From: Phyllobates terribilis
Taxonomy: Eukaryota
Reading direction: 5' to 3'
Length of the DNA stretch: 64,000 nucleotides
NCBI RefSeq assembly: GCF_046119375.1
Contig: NW_027362765.1
Coordinates: forward strand, 440,076,001-440,140,000
The notes under the pieces are model-generated. The model worked only from the letters and a program-made list of their open reading frames with translations, was not told the origin of the DNA and searched no databases. This document shows, piece by piece, positions 33,563 to 46,065 of this stretch; position 1 is the stretch's first letter; every line of letters starts with the position of its first letter. Position numbers and translations under genes: made by a program.

Positions 33563-36500
33563 GGTATAAAGTTTAAAAAATATGGTGTGGCTAAAAGTAA
33601 AAAGTGAGTACACTAAATATTTGGTGGAAAGTCACCATTTTTGATACATTGGGTTATTGTGTATTACAGAAGATAGATCAGTGGAGTGAAAACCGAATCT
33701 ACTGACCTGATAAGTATTTTTCACTCTTTATTCATATGATCGGTAAGCAGAACGGTAAGCAGACACGTATCAATGGACTGTAACATCATAAATGAATGTT
33801 TACATTGTGAATATATGGTTAGATAATATTGCGATAACATAACATGCAAATTTGTACATTCATTTTGATTAACATATTTATCACTAATTAGAAAAAAATA
33901 CACACAATTACGTTTTAATTACAAAGTTATTATGAAAGTGAGATTTAACGATATATTGACATTATTTCCCATATATAATGTTAACAGCAGGGATCCTGAA
34001 ATAAGACATATTCTTTTATGTGTTCCTGTTTTATACTACATTTATTTGATTGGTTATAGCATCTAAAAACTATTTTTCAGATCTGTAACATAATAAAAAA
34101 TGGGAAATATTTTTCTGAGATTTATGAAAAATTGGCTACTACAGAGAATGTGTTTGATAAAAAAAACAAACAAGCAAAAAACTCAAAGGGTATATGCAGA
34201 TTGAGATTTTTTTGCTGATTTTTTGGAGCAGAAACTTGATATGGGCACACACATTTTTTTTGCTGAGTTTTTGGAGCAGAAACTTAAAGATATTGAGGAG
34301 TTTTGAGATTTCGAGGATGATTTGGAGAGTTTCCACTCAGTTTTCACATAGTTTTCATTCCAATAACTTCAAAAAGCTCTGCCACTGAGCATAATCCATA
34401 AGTTTCTCAGAAGCTTTTGCTTTTTTGTGGAGGATTTGGAGAGTTTCCGCACTTCTTGAAATCTCTGTATGCTCATAGGCCAAGCAAACAAAACAAACAA
34501 CTATCCTTACTTTGTTTAATGGAATCTGTCAGGCCGACCTGATAGTCTAAACTAAGCACATAGTCTTGTGGGGGATATAGTCCCTATAAAAATTAGTGTT
34601 CTAATAGCTTTCTGCATTCTGAAGAAACTGGAATTTAAAGGGGTTGTTCTTAGGATAGGTCATCAACATGTGATTGGTGGGGTTGTGACACCCGCCATCC
34701 CCGGTGATCAGCGGTTTCCATCAGCAGAGGCCAGACCTGCTCATCATAGAGCTGCACAGCGCAGCTCTGTCTACTTGAATAGAGGCTGCATTTATTTAAA
34801 TAGGGGGTAGATATGCAGTACCCCGCTGTGGCCACTATGCAGTTGATGGCGCTGCTCTGTACCAAATAGAGAACTAAGGAGTATCAGTGAACATGTTAGG
34901 GACACAAGGAATGGAAGGGACACCTCCATTGCTAGATATATTAGGGAACACCATCAGAGAAATAGTAGGGTTTTGTCATTCTGTGTTTTAGAAGTTGTTA
35001 AACAACACACCGGAAAAGGTGAATGGGATCAACTGGTACTTCAGAAGTAAAGATGAGCGAACTCCGAACAGTGTTTTAAAGTTCGGCGTTCCGAGGGAAG
35101 TCCGGGGACGAGAGAAAAAGAGAGAGAGATATAGCAAGTTCAGGCCAGTGGATATTCCGACTTGGCTTGCTTTTCCCCCAATGGTCTGAACGAGCAAATA
35201 TTATACAATTGCTTCATTTAAGAATCTTTTGAATTAACCCGAAAAAGTTCCTTGCTGTACAATGACTCCACTCATGAGAGCTAGAAGAGTACATCTATAT
35301 GACGTTATCATAAAAACTTAGCACCTATTAGGATGCTGATTTTTTGCATCTTATTTAATATCCAGTTGAACATGCTTGCACTAATTCTAATTATATTATG
35401 ATTATATTTAAAAAAACAACAACACAATTGCTGTGATTCTTACCATATACTCATTAAATATATCATATATGCAATTACTGATAGCGGAATATGACATACA
35501 TAAATACACTATTTAGTTGCTGTGGGAATTGTAGATGGCTATAATGTTATGCATGCTTGATTTTTTATCATGATTTTCTAGCCAGTTTGGAATCTCCTCG
35601 GATCTATTGCACATGCGCGAGCACCGAAGCGTTAACCGCAGTGTGCAATTACAATGAGGAAGTAATCATTCTCTATGCGCATGTGGGTAAGAATCTCCCG
35701 GATCATATGTGTGACGCCTCTACTCGGAAGAAGCCCTTTTCTTTACCCTGGGAGATGGGGGACTCAGAGTCGGGTCCTGTGATGTAGAGATGGGGTGCAG
35801 CCGTGGCCCGGACCCGACCCATGCTTAGGGCCGTCACAATTTAAAAGGATGGTGTGGGCTTATCCGGGTTGAGTGGCTGATTTACGACTACGCCACCTGT
35901 GGCACCTGGTGAAGGCCACCAGCGCCGCTGCAGTCCGCTGAGGCATGGTGGTATGGCGGCCATAGCTATTACTACTCCCCACAGGCGGAGCAAGGCCTCA
36001 GGGCAGAGGGACAGGATGGAGGGGGTAGTAGTAGAGGAGAACGGATGCCGCGTCGCGCGGTGTGGCGCAGAATAAACAGTCCAGAGGCCATAGGGGTGAA
36101 CTTCCAAGGCTTTACTCACTTTAGAGTTGGCAGAAGGAAGGCGACTCCCTGCTCCCCGCAGAGTCCTGCGGTCACCAGGGACGGGGGTCCGACCACCTCC
36201 GAGTAAGTCCATCATTCCATCGGGACCCTACACCAGAGTGTTCCTGAACTACAGACCGAATCCTTTCCTGTCCGTGTGTGTGAATAGGCCGGGTCTCCCT
36301 CTGAGCTCCTCTCAGAACAAGGGTACGGGTGGCAGCTCCGCTCCTTCCGATACCTGGTGGGATCCTCAGGGCCTACCGGGCTTTCCCGACCAGGACATGG
36401 AGTAGCAAGGTCGGGTGTCGGGCGCCGGACTCCCTCTGAATATATCAGTTGGTGAGGACAGGTGGCGTATGCCGCTCCGTCTGCATCCTCCCCGGGATCC

Positions 36501-37987
36501 ATTTGCTATGGAGCCACACTCTTAAGCTCCGGGCCTTCTTGGTCCTGGTTCTTGACCGGGTCGAGACATTCCTTGTCTACAACCCGCCCCTCGTCCCAAG
36601 GCCGGGGTACGAGGGCTGTGTCTCCATCCGATGCAGGCCCACACAGGATCCGCGTTAGGGTGGGAGATCACAGACCACTCAGCAATTGACAGCATAAAGA
36701 CAGTCAATGTATCATCCAAGAACCCAGACCCAAAATGGCTTTTTTATTAAATATGAAATTTAAAGTGTAACTAAATTGTAAGTCCTCCACCCTCACCCAC
36801 TAACTGGTTCCCCTCACTCTTGGTTCCCCAGTCTCCCTGTAACCAGGAGGGCAGCACCTAGTGCCTACTAGCCCCCTCTGGTGGAGAAATGTGGTGTTGG
36901 ATGCAAAGTTTGGGTCACGACTATCACACTGTTCTTACCTCAGAGGAGGAACACTATGTAGCGTCGGCATCCCTGCCTCCTGCTAGGCAGAGACGCCGTT
37001 CCTCTCACCTCCCTGCTCCGTCCTCGGCATCCTCTTCCCGCGCTGCTGGCAGCGCTCGCCGCTTCCCGGGCACTGTGCTTAGGGCGCACGCGCTCCCTCT
37101 CTCTTAAAGGGGCCACGCACGCCGTCCTAAGGAGTCCCCGGCCAATTGCCGGTGGAGCTCCCATATATAAGGCACCTCCTCCAAAATGGAGGTGCCCGAG
37201 CAAAGTTGTTGCAAAGCCTTTCACCTCTGCTTCAGCCCTCAGGTCCGATTGCCAGTCTGCTTTCCAGCTCTGTCTACCTGCTTGCATTCCTGCGGTCCGA
37301 CAGTCTGTCTACCTGCATCCGCCAGTCTGTCTATGGACCAGTCCGCCGGCGGATCAGGAAGCACCTGCCTGATACCTGCCTGATACCTGCCTGAGACCAC
37401 CTGCCAGCCAGCCGAGTGACTCTTACCCGCTCACCTGGGAGCGCTCACCTGCTACCCGCCAGCTAGCCTACCTGGAGGCTCCGCTGTCACTTGCCGTGAC
37501 CACCTGCCTTTCCAGAGACTCTTGCCTGCTCACCTGGGAGCGCTCACCTGCTACCCGCCAGCTAGCCTACCTGGAGGCTCTGCCGTCACTTGCCGTGACC
37601 ACCTGCCAGCCAGCCGAGAGACTCTTACCTGCTCACCTGGGAGCGCTCACCTGCTACCCGCCTGCTAGCCTACCTGGAGGCTCTGCCATCACTTGCCGTG
37701 ACCACCTGCCTGTCTAGAGACTCTTACCTTGCTGTCACATGCCGTGACCATCTGCCTGTCTAGAGACTCTTACCCTGCTGTCACTTGCCGTGACCACCCG
37801 CCTGTCAAGAGACTGTTCCCGTCACTTGCCGTGACCTCCTGCCCTTCTACCCAGAGACTGTTCCTGTCACTTGCCGTGACTACCTGCCCGCCTTCTCTGG
37901 GAGCCTCCCACTTCCTTACAAGGACTGCCCCTTTGTATAGTAGCTCAGAGGTTCCACCTCCCAGACCAGTTACAGTTTGCTCGGGCC

Positions 37988-38938
37988 ATGGAACCCGGTG
38001 GCACCCAAACTCCCTCGCTCTCGGACCTATGTCATGAACTTTCCCGTCAGAGGTCCCAACAGGACTCCATCTTGGGCCACCTGCGCAGTGTTCACGCCTA
38101 CCTGGACACACTGACTGCCTCGTCGGGAGCTGCTTCCACTCGCACAACTACTACCCCGGCAGCGCCGCTGCCCATCAATACCATGGCATCCCTTCCCGGT
38201 CCCCGCCTTTCCACCCCGCCTCGTTTTGGTGGAGATCCCGGTCAGGCACGGGGCTTCATTAACCAGTGCACCCTGCACTTTGAACTTTTGGCACACCAGT
38301 TTTCCACCGACCGAGCCAAAGTGGCCTTCATCATGTCCCATCTCACTGGGGAGGCGCTGGCTTGGCTAAATCCTCTATGGGAGAGAGGAGACCCCCTGGT
38401 GTCCAACCTGCCAGCCTTTCTCATGGCCTTCCGGAAAGTCTTCGACGAACCAGGACGAAAGACCTCATCCGCCTCATCTCTGCTACGCCTCCGTCAAGGG
38501 AGTCTCACCGTGGGCCAATATGCCATACGGTTCCGTACCCTTGCTTCTGAGCTTGCCTGGGATAACGACGCCCTGGTGTCTGTCTTCTGGGAGGGTCTAT
38601 CCGGCCAGATTAAGGATGAACTTGCCGGTTGGGACATTCCTACCACTCTCGAAGATTTAATAACACTTGCCACCCGGATTGACATCCGGTTCCAGGAGCG
38701 TACCAAAGAGGTCACCCGTGAGAGGAGGTTTCCTTGCCTTGCTCCTACCTTCCAGAATCCCGTCACTTCCTCTGTTACTCCCCAGGCGCACTCACCCGAG
38801 CCTATGCAGGTCGACCAGACCAAGGTGGTCAAAACCTGTCAAGAGTCACGCCGTGCCGAGGGGAGCTGCTTCTACTGTGGCAGTAAGGAGCACCGGATCC
38901 GTTCCTGCCCGGAGAGGTCGGGAAACGCCTGTGTCTAG
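37988..38938 (+). CDS. gag: Element F Gag
   Basis: PRLSTPPRFGGDPGQARGF...LRLRQGSLTVGQYAIRF...CFYCGSKEHRIRSC. Confidence 0.93.
   Translation: MEPGGTQTPSLSDLCHELSRQRSQQDSILGHLRSVHAYLDTLTASSGAASTRTTTTPAAPLPINTMASLPGPRLSTPPRFGGDPGQARGFINQCTLHFELLAHQFSTDRAKVAFIMSHLTGEALAWLNPLWERGDPLVSNLPAFLMAFRKVFDEPGRKTSSASSLLRLRQGSLTVGQYAIRFRTLASELAWDNDALVSVFWEGLSGQIKDELAGWDIPTTLEDLITLATRIDIRFQERTKEVTRERRFPCLAPTFQNPVTSSVTPQAHSPEPMQVDQTKVVKTCQESRRAEGSCFYCGSKEHRIRSCPERSGNACV
38920..38926 (+). promoter_or_regulatory. -1 ribosomal frameshift slippery site G GGA AAC
   Basis: Same heptamer as PEG10/sushi elements, at the gag end; pol is in the -1 frame. Confidence 0.85.
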
Positions 38939-38988
38939 GATCGCTCAGAGAGGTCGTCCTAGACAAGAATAAACCCTCTCCATCTCTG

Positions 38989-41900
38989 ATGCTGTCGGTC
39001 TCTATCATCTGCGGGGAGAACCGTTACTTTGAACTAGCTCAACTGGATTCTGGAGCTGCCGGAAATCTTATCTCTCAGTCCCTGGTAGAGAAATACCGCA
39101 TTCCCACCAAACCTCTGGCCGCACCCTTATCTGTCGCCTCCGTGGACGGGGGTCTCTTACCGCATCCCATCCAACTTATCACCGAACCCATAACTCTGCA
39201 GGTGGGAATGATGCACTCTGAGAGCATCTTCTTTCATGTTCTACCTGGACTCTCTCATGCCCTTTTGCTTGGCCTACCTTGGCTCCAGAGACATGCACCC
39301 GTGCTTGATTGGCAGACCGGAGAAGTCCTTCGCTGGGGACAGGACTGCCATAAGACTTGTTTAGTTCCCGTTCGTCCTGCCCATCCTTCTCCTCCCCCAG
39401 CCAATCTACCCGGCCTGCCGGTACCCTATTGGTCTTTTGCTGATGTCTTTAATAAAAAGGAAGCAGAGACATTACCTCCTCATAGACCATACGATTTCCC
39501 TATCAACTTGGTACCTGGCGCTACTCCGCCCCGAGGGCGTATCTACCCTTTGTCCGCTGCTGAGACCTGGTCCATGTCTGAATATATCGAGGAGAACCTG
39601 GCCCGGGGATTTATCCGGAAATCTACCTCCCCGGCGGGAGCAGGCTTCTTCTTCGTTAAAAAGAAGGACGGCTCACTTCGTCCCTGCATAGACTAAAGAG
39701 GCCTTAACCAGATCACGGTGAAGAATAAATACCCCCTTCCGCTCATTCCTGAATTATTTGACCGTCTGAGGGGTGCTAGAATCTTCACCAAGCTGGATCT
39801 CCGTGGGGCCTATAACCTGGTTCGTATCCGTCAGGGGGATGAATGGAAGAAGGCATTCAACACCCGGGACGGCCACTATGAATACCTCGTAATGCCCTTC
39901 GGTCTCTGTAATGCTCCCGCCGTCTTTCAAGAGTTGGTCAATGATATCTTCCGCGACCTTCTCTACTCCTGTGTGGTGGTATACCTGGACGTCATCTTGG
40001 TCTTCTCTCCGGATCTCCCCACACACCGGAGGGACGTTCGTCAGGTCCTGCTCAGGCTCAGGCAAAACCACCTCTACGCAAAATTTGAGAAGTGCCTCTT
40101 TGAGCAGACCTCGCTTCCATTTCTGGGCTACATCATCTCTCAGACCGGTCTACGAATGGATCCTGAGAAACTTTCTGCCATCCAGAAGTGGCCCCGACCG
40201 GAGGGGTTGAAGGCTATCCAGCTTTTCCTGGGCTTCACCAACTACTACAGCCTCTTCATTCCGCACTTCTCTTCCCGGACTGCCCCTATCTCTGCGCTCA
40301 CCCGTAAGGGCGCTAATCCCAAAGAATGGCCGCCCGAGGCAGAGGAGGCCTTCCTGTCTTTGAAACAAGCTTTCTCCTCCGCTCCTGTGCTGCACCGTCC
40401 GGACAGCAACAAACAATTCTTCTTTGAAGTAGACGCTTCCTCCTCCGGAGCTGGAGCGGTGCTCACCCAAAAGTCGTCATCCGGAAGAATGGTAACCTGC
40501 GGCTTCTTCTCCAAACTCTTCTCATCATCTGAGTGCAATTATTCTATAGGAGACCGAGAATTGTTAACCATTAAGTTGGCACTGGAGGAGTGGCGTTACC
40601 TGCTCGAGGGGGCTCTTCACCCGGTAATAATCTACACGGATCACAAAAACTTGGCTTATCTCCAGAGTGCCCAAAGACTTAACCCGCGCCAAGATCGGTG
40701 GTCCTTGTTCTTCGCCCGCTTTGATTTCATTCTTCATTGTCGCCCGGCAGACAAAAATATCAAAGCTGATGCCTTGTCCCGATCCTTTTTGTTCTCCGAT
40801 CTAGAGGAGGAGCCAAAGCACATCATCGACCCCGCCAAGGTAATGCTGGTGGCTCCCGTGGATCTAAATCGTCTTCCACCCGGTAAGACGTTCGTAACAG
40901 TGCCTGATCGTGAGAAAGTCCTACACTGGGGACATTCGTCTAAGCTAGCTGGCCATGCTGGCCAGAAAAAGATCCTCCTGCTTATTACCCGGCATTACTG
41001 GTGGCCTACCCTGCACAAGGACGTAATAGACTTTGTCTCAGCTTGTGCGTCCTGCGCCCGCAACAAGGTTCCTAGACATCTGCCAGCCGGCCGCCTTCTG
41101 CCTTCTGCCCCGTGGCAGCATATAGCCATGGAATTTATAACGGATCTCCCTGTCTCTGCTGGTTGAACGGTCATTTGGGTGGTCGCTGACCGCTTCTCTA
41201 AGATGGCTCACTTCATTCCGCTGCCGGGTCTTCCGTCTGCATCCGAATTGGCTAAAGACTTTATCCATCATATTTTCCGTCTTCATGGTCTCCCTCTCCA
41301 CATCGTATCCGACCGAGGAGTTCAGTTCACCTCTCGCTTCTGGAGAGCCATGTGTAAACTGCTGGGGGTCACCTTGGACTTCTCCTCTGCTTATCACCCA
41401 CAGTCTAATGGTCAAGTAGAGCGGATCAACCAAATTTTAACCAGTTACCTCCGGCACTTTGCTAATGCCCACCATTCCGACTGGGTGGATCTTTTACCGT
41501 GGGCCGAATTTTCCTATAATAATCACGAGAGCGAGTCTTCCTCCAAATCCCCGTTTTTTATTGTCTACGGTCAACATCCTCGGATCCTGTTTCCCGTCTC
41601 CGCCTCAGTGGATAATCCAGCCGCTGAATCTCTTGCTAGCGAATTCTCCTCCATTTGGGAGAGTACCAGATCCGCACTTCTTCAGTCCTCCGAGCGGATG
41701 AAGAAACAGGCTGACAAAAGACGTCTGGATCCGCCCCAATTCCGTCCTGGAGATAAAGTCTGTCTCTCGTCCAAGTATGTCTGGCTCAAGATTCCTTCCT
41801 ACAAGTTAGGGCCTCGGTTCATCGGCCCACTGGAAGTTATCAAACAAATCAACCCGGTGGCCTATAAATTGAAACTCCCGGCCAACTTGCGGATCCCTAA

Positions 41901-42345
41901 CTCCTTCCATGTATCTCTCCTCAAACCTGTGGCACTTAACTCTTTTTCCAAGTCTACAGGTACGCCTCCTGCTCCTGTTTCCGCTGAAGACGAGTTTGAG
42001 GTAGAGAGCATTCTGGCCACCAAAAGGATAAGAGGAAAGACCTTTTTTCTAGTGGATTGGAAGGGGTTTGGTCCTGAGGAGAGAACGTGGGAGCCCCGGG
42101 AGAACATCCATGCCCCGCTCATCCTTGATAAATTTCTCTCCGGCCTAAAAAAGGGGGGGCCTAAAGGGGGGGGTACTGTAGCGTCGGTGTCCCTGCCTCC
42201 TGCTAGGCAGAGACGCCGTTCCTCTCACCTCCCTGCTCCGTCCTCGGCATCCTCTTCCCGCGCTGCTGGCAGCGCTCGCCGGGCACTGTGCTTAGGGCGT
42301 GCGCGCGCTCCCTCTCTCTTAAAGGGGCCGCGCACGCCGTCCTAA
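38989..42345 (+). pseudogene. pol: Element F Pol (PR-RT-RH-IN-chromodomain), one frame with two nonsense codons
   Basis: ORFs 38989-39696, 39718-41166 and 41179-42345 share a frame. Protease QLDSGA; RT motif mutated to YLDV; chromodomain FEVESILATKRIRGKTFFLVDWKGFG. Confidence 0.93.
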
Positions 42346-43701
42346 GGAGTCCCCGGCCAATTGCCGGTGGAGCTCCCATATATAAGGCACCTCCTCCAAA
42401 ATGGAGGTGCCCGAGCAAAGTTGTTGCAAAGCCTTTCACCTCTGCTTCAGCCCTCAGGTCCCGTTGCCAGTCTGCTTTCCAGCTCTGTCTACCTGCTTGC
42501 ATTCCTGCGGTCCGACAGTCTGTCTACCTGCATCCGCCAGTCTGTCTATGGACCAGTCCGCCGGCGGATCAGGAAGCACCTGCCTGATACCTGCCTGATA
42601 CCTGCCTGAGACCACCTGCCAGCCAGCTGACTCTTAACCGCTCACCTGGGAGCGCTCACCTGCTACCCGCCAGCTAGCCTACCTGGAGGCTCTGCCGTCA
42701 CTTGCCGTGACCACCTGCCAGCCAGCCGAGAGACTTTTACACGCTCACCTGGGAGCGCTCACCTGCTACCCGCCTGCTAGCCTACCTGGAGGCTCTGCCG
42801 TCACTTGCCGTGACCACCTGCCTGTCTAGAGACTCTTACCTTGCTGTCACTTGCCGTGACCATCTGCCTGTCTAGAGACTCTTACCCTGCTGTCACTTGC
42901 CGTGACCACCCGCCTGTCAAGAGACTGTTCCCGTCACTTGCCGTGACCTCCTGCCCTTCTACCCAGAGACTGTTCCTGTCACTTGCAGTGACTACCTGCC
43001 CGCCTTCCCTGGGAGCCACCCGCTTCCTTACAAGGACTGCCCCTTTGTATAGTAGCTCAGAGGTTCCACCTCCCAGACCCGTTACACACTACACTCCATT
43101 AAAGAAGTGCAGCATCCCTGTGGCGGTCGAACACTCAGGGGCGCCACACATATATCTTCTACTGTACGTGCGCGAGTCCCGGAGAGGCCCTTACCGTGCG
43201 AGTACTACGGGGGGTGTATCCATCCACTCTGCGCATGTGCTGATTTTTTGCACCAAACTACGCATGCGTCAGTGACGTATGTTTCTGCAGGGCCTTCTGG
43301 TGTATGTGGCGCTATGCGCATGCGCCCAGCTATATTATCACTAAGTTAGAAGCATGCGCCTTGGGAATTTGGAGACACACAAGTCTGTGGTGATTGTCTC
43401 TCTAGGAATTGGAGAGACAAATGCGTCATTAGAGTGGGACATTTAAAGATGTTGACTAGTCACAGAAAGACTGAGCACATTATCAACAGGTCATCTATTC
43501 CTATACTGTGCATCCTACATATTTTAGCCTCCTGATGAAATTATATCTTAAAGGGAAAACGCGTCAAAGCACTTCATGTGGACTGATGAGTTCTAATATG
43601 ACACGTTTGTTTGGACTACCTACAGTGTAGTTTTGAAGGTACAAATATGTTTCTATAATATGATTTGTGGATCTTGAGATATTATGGGCACACGCTATAT
43701 A

Positions 43702-44107
43702 CAGTCATGACTGAAAGTGTTGGCACTCTTGAAATTGTTCCAGAAAATGAAGTATTTCTCCCAGAAAATTATTGCAATTACACGTTTTGTAATACACACT
43801 TATTTCCTTTGTGTGTATTGGAACAACACAAGAAAATTAGAAAAAAAGGGCAAATTGGACATAATTTCACACAAAACCCACAAAATGGGCCGGACAAGAC
43901 TATTGGCACCCTCAACTTAATATTTGGTTGCACACCCTTTGGAATACATAACTGCAATAAATCCCTTCCTATAACCATCAACAAGCTTCTTATACCTCTC
44001 AACTGGAATTTTTGACCACTCTTCTCTTGCAGACTGCTCCAGGTCTCTCATATTTGAAAGGCGCCTTCTCCCAACAGAAATTTTAAGATCTCTCCACAAG
44101 TGTTTAA
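43702..44107 (-). mobile_element. Tc1 3' fragment with IR/DR terminal repeat
   Basis: TA-CAGTCATG end; repeated TTGGCAC(T/C)CT; C-terminus WRDLKISVGRR...EEWSKIP...KGCATKY. Confidence 0.85.
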
Positions 44108-44394
44108 TCCTAGTCTATTTCATCATTACATCGACTTGGATTCCTCTCGTACATTATTCTGACAGGCGAGCAGCGCAGTCTGATGCCCCATTCTCTTCAC
44201 CCAACAAAGGATCATTGCTTCGGGGTTTGCAGCAGCCGCCAATGCTAAGTACATTGGTTGTGCCTTACACAACCCTAATAAGTGAGTGAATTTGAATTAT
44301 CTTTCACGAATATTCCTTTTATCTCGGATAAGACCCTATGTGTGCTCTATATTCCTTCTAGTTACCTTGTTACACAGGTGTTTAATGGGATTTA

Positions 44395-45222
44395 CAGTGT
44401 GGGCCATTTATATGGATACACCTAAATTAAATGGGAATGGTTGGTGATATCAACTTCCTGCTTGTGGCACATTAGTATATGGGAGGGAGAAAACTTTTCC
44501 AGATGGGTGGTGACCATAACGGCCATTTTGAAGTCGGCCATTTTGGATCCAACTTTATTTTTTTCAATGGGAAGAGGGTCATGTGACACATCAAACTTAT
44601 TGAGAATTTCATAAGAAAAACAATGGTGTGCTTGGTTTTAACGTAACTTATTGAGGATTTCATAAGAAAAACAATGGTGTGCTTGGTTTTTACGTAACTT
44701 TATTCTTTCATGAGTTTTTTACAAGTTTATGACCACTTATAAAATGTGTTCAAAGTGCTGCCCATTGTGTTGGATTGTCAATGCAACCCTCTTCTCCCAC
44801 TCTTGACACACTGATAGCAACATCGCAGAAGAAATGCTGCGGTGTTGCCATCAGTGTGTCAAGAGTGGGAGAAGAGAGTTGCATTGACAATCCAACACAA
44901 TGGGCAGCACTTTGAACACATTTTATAAGTGGTCATAAACTTGTAAAAAACTAATGAAAGAATAAAGTTAGTTACATTAAAACCAAGCACACCATTGTTT
45001 TTCTTATGAAATCCTCAATAAGTTTGATGTGTCAAATGAACCTCTTCCCATTGAAAAAAATAAAGTTTGATCTAAAATGGCCAACTTCAAAACGGCCACC
45101 ATGGTCACCACCCATCTGGAAAAGTTTTCCCCCTCCCATATACTAATGTGCCACAAACAGGAAATTGATATCACCAACCATTCCCATTTAATTTAGGTGT
45201 ATCCATAAAAATGGCCCACCCT
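44395..45222. mobile_element. 828-bp foldback MITE made of two 3' ends of a mariner-like element
   Basis: TA flanks; TIR CAG(T/G)GTGGGCCATT; arms pair to an 8-nt loop at 44829-44836; each arm encodes SVCQEWEKRVALTIQHNGQHFEHIL*. Confidence 0.92.
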
Positions 45223-45352
45223 GTAGATCCGGACTCATTGCTACCACTTCAGAACTCACTATTGATAAAAATCAATTGTGATAACATACGTACGTACATA
45301 AAAAGTGCAAATATGACAATAAACTGGTTACAAACAAATCATTTTATATATA

Positions 45353-46047
45353 CAGGGTGGTCCAAAAGTAGGTAGACATAAAATGTAATAAGGTTATGAA
45401 GGGGGAGATTTATCAAACAAAATCCAGTAATTTCAGATAACATTATGTGGAGTGATGAAGCTTCTTTCAAATTATCCAGCCATATTAACAGACATAATTG
45501 TATTTACTGGTATAATAAGAACATGCATTTAACATTAGAGCAACAACTAAATGAGCCTGGTGTCAATGTTTGGGGTGGTATTTCAAGTTTTGGTGTTTTA
45601 GGACCAATATTTTTTGATGGAACAGTCACAGGAGATAAGTATCTCGAAATTCTAATGAATCAAGTTGTTTCCCAGTTACAGCAACAGCCTAATTCAAATG
45701 ACCTTTATTTCCAACAAGATGGGGCCCCTCCACATTATTCAAGAGTAGTCCGCGAGTATCTTGATGAAACATTTCCTAATAAATGGATTGGCCGAAGAGG
45801 CCCACTTGATTGTCCGGCACGTTCACCAGACTTGACCCCAATGGATTTTTTCTTTTGGGGAGTACTCAAGGACAAAGTTTATAGTCGAAAACCAAAAAGT
45901 GTCAGTGATTTGAAAAATTACTTAAGAGATGCATTTCAAGAAATTAATACCCAAAGAGACTTGTGCAAAAAAGTTTGTCGAAGCGTAAGAGGCAGACTTC
46001 AAAGCTGTGCAAATTGCAATGGAAAACAGTTTGAGCACCTGCGTTGA
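45353..46047 (+). mobile_element. DD41D (rosa/Visitor-type) Tc1/mariner fragment; catalytic domain ORF 45445-46047, DNA-binding domain deleted
   Basis: TA-CAGGGTGGTCC end; WSDEA...QQDGAPPH...SPDLTPMDFF with 41 residues between the second and third Asp. Confidence 0.85.
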
Positions 46048-46065
46048 TAAAATTTAAGCTTGAAG

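Larger units (their letters stand above)
36957..43086 (+). mobile_element. Element F: full-length sushi/Tf1-type chromovirus, inactivated by point mutations
   Basis: LTRs 36957-37974 and 42177-43086; perfect 5-bp TSD CACTA; PPT 42147-42176; gag, -1 frameshift site, pol with chromodomain. Confidence 0.97.
35708..43148 (-). mobile_element. Element E: solo LTR (about 1.3 kb) of the tRNA-Ser family, split by element F
   Basis: Shares CGACTACGCCACC, GCCGCTGCAG..CCGCTGAGG and CTTTACT motifs with the C, D and X2 LTRs. Right end CTCAGGGGCGCCACA resumes after F (43092-43148). Flanks carry CATA; the exact left boundary is uncertain by 2 nt. Confidence 0.75.

Noticed and set aside
34990-35040. Possible short exon (TTTTAG…EVVKQHTGKGEWDQL…GTACTT)
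   Set aside because: Weak donor and unrecognised peptide; compatible with chance.
37395-37870. CRISPR-like array
   Set aside because: Units are tandem repeats without unique spacers, inside a eukaryotic LTR.
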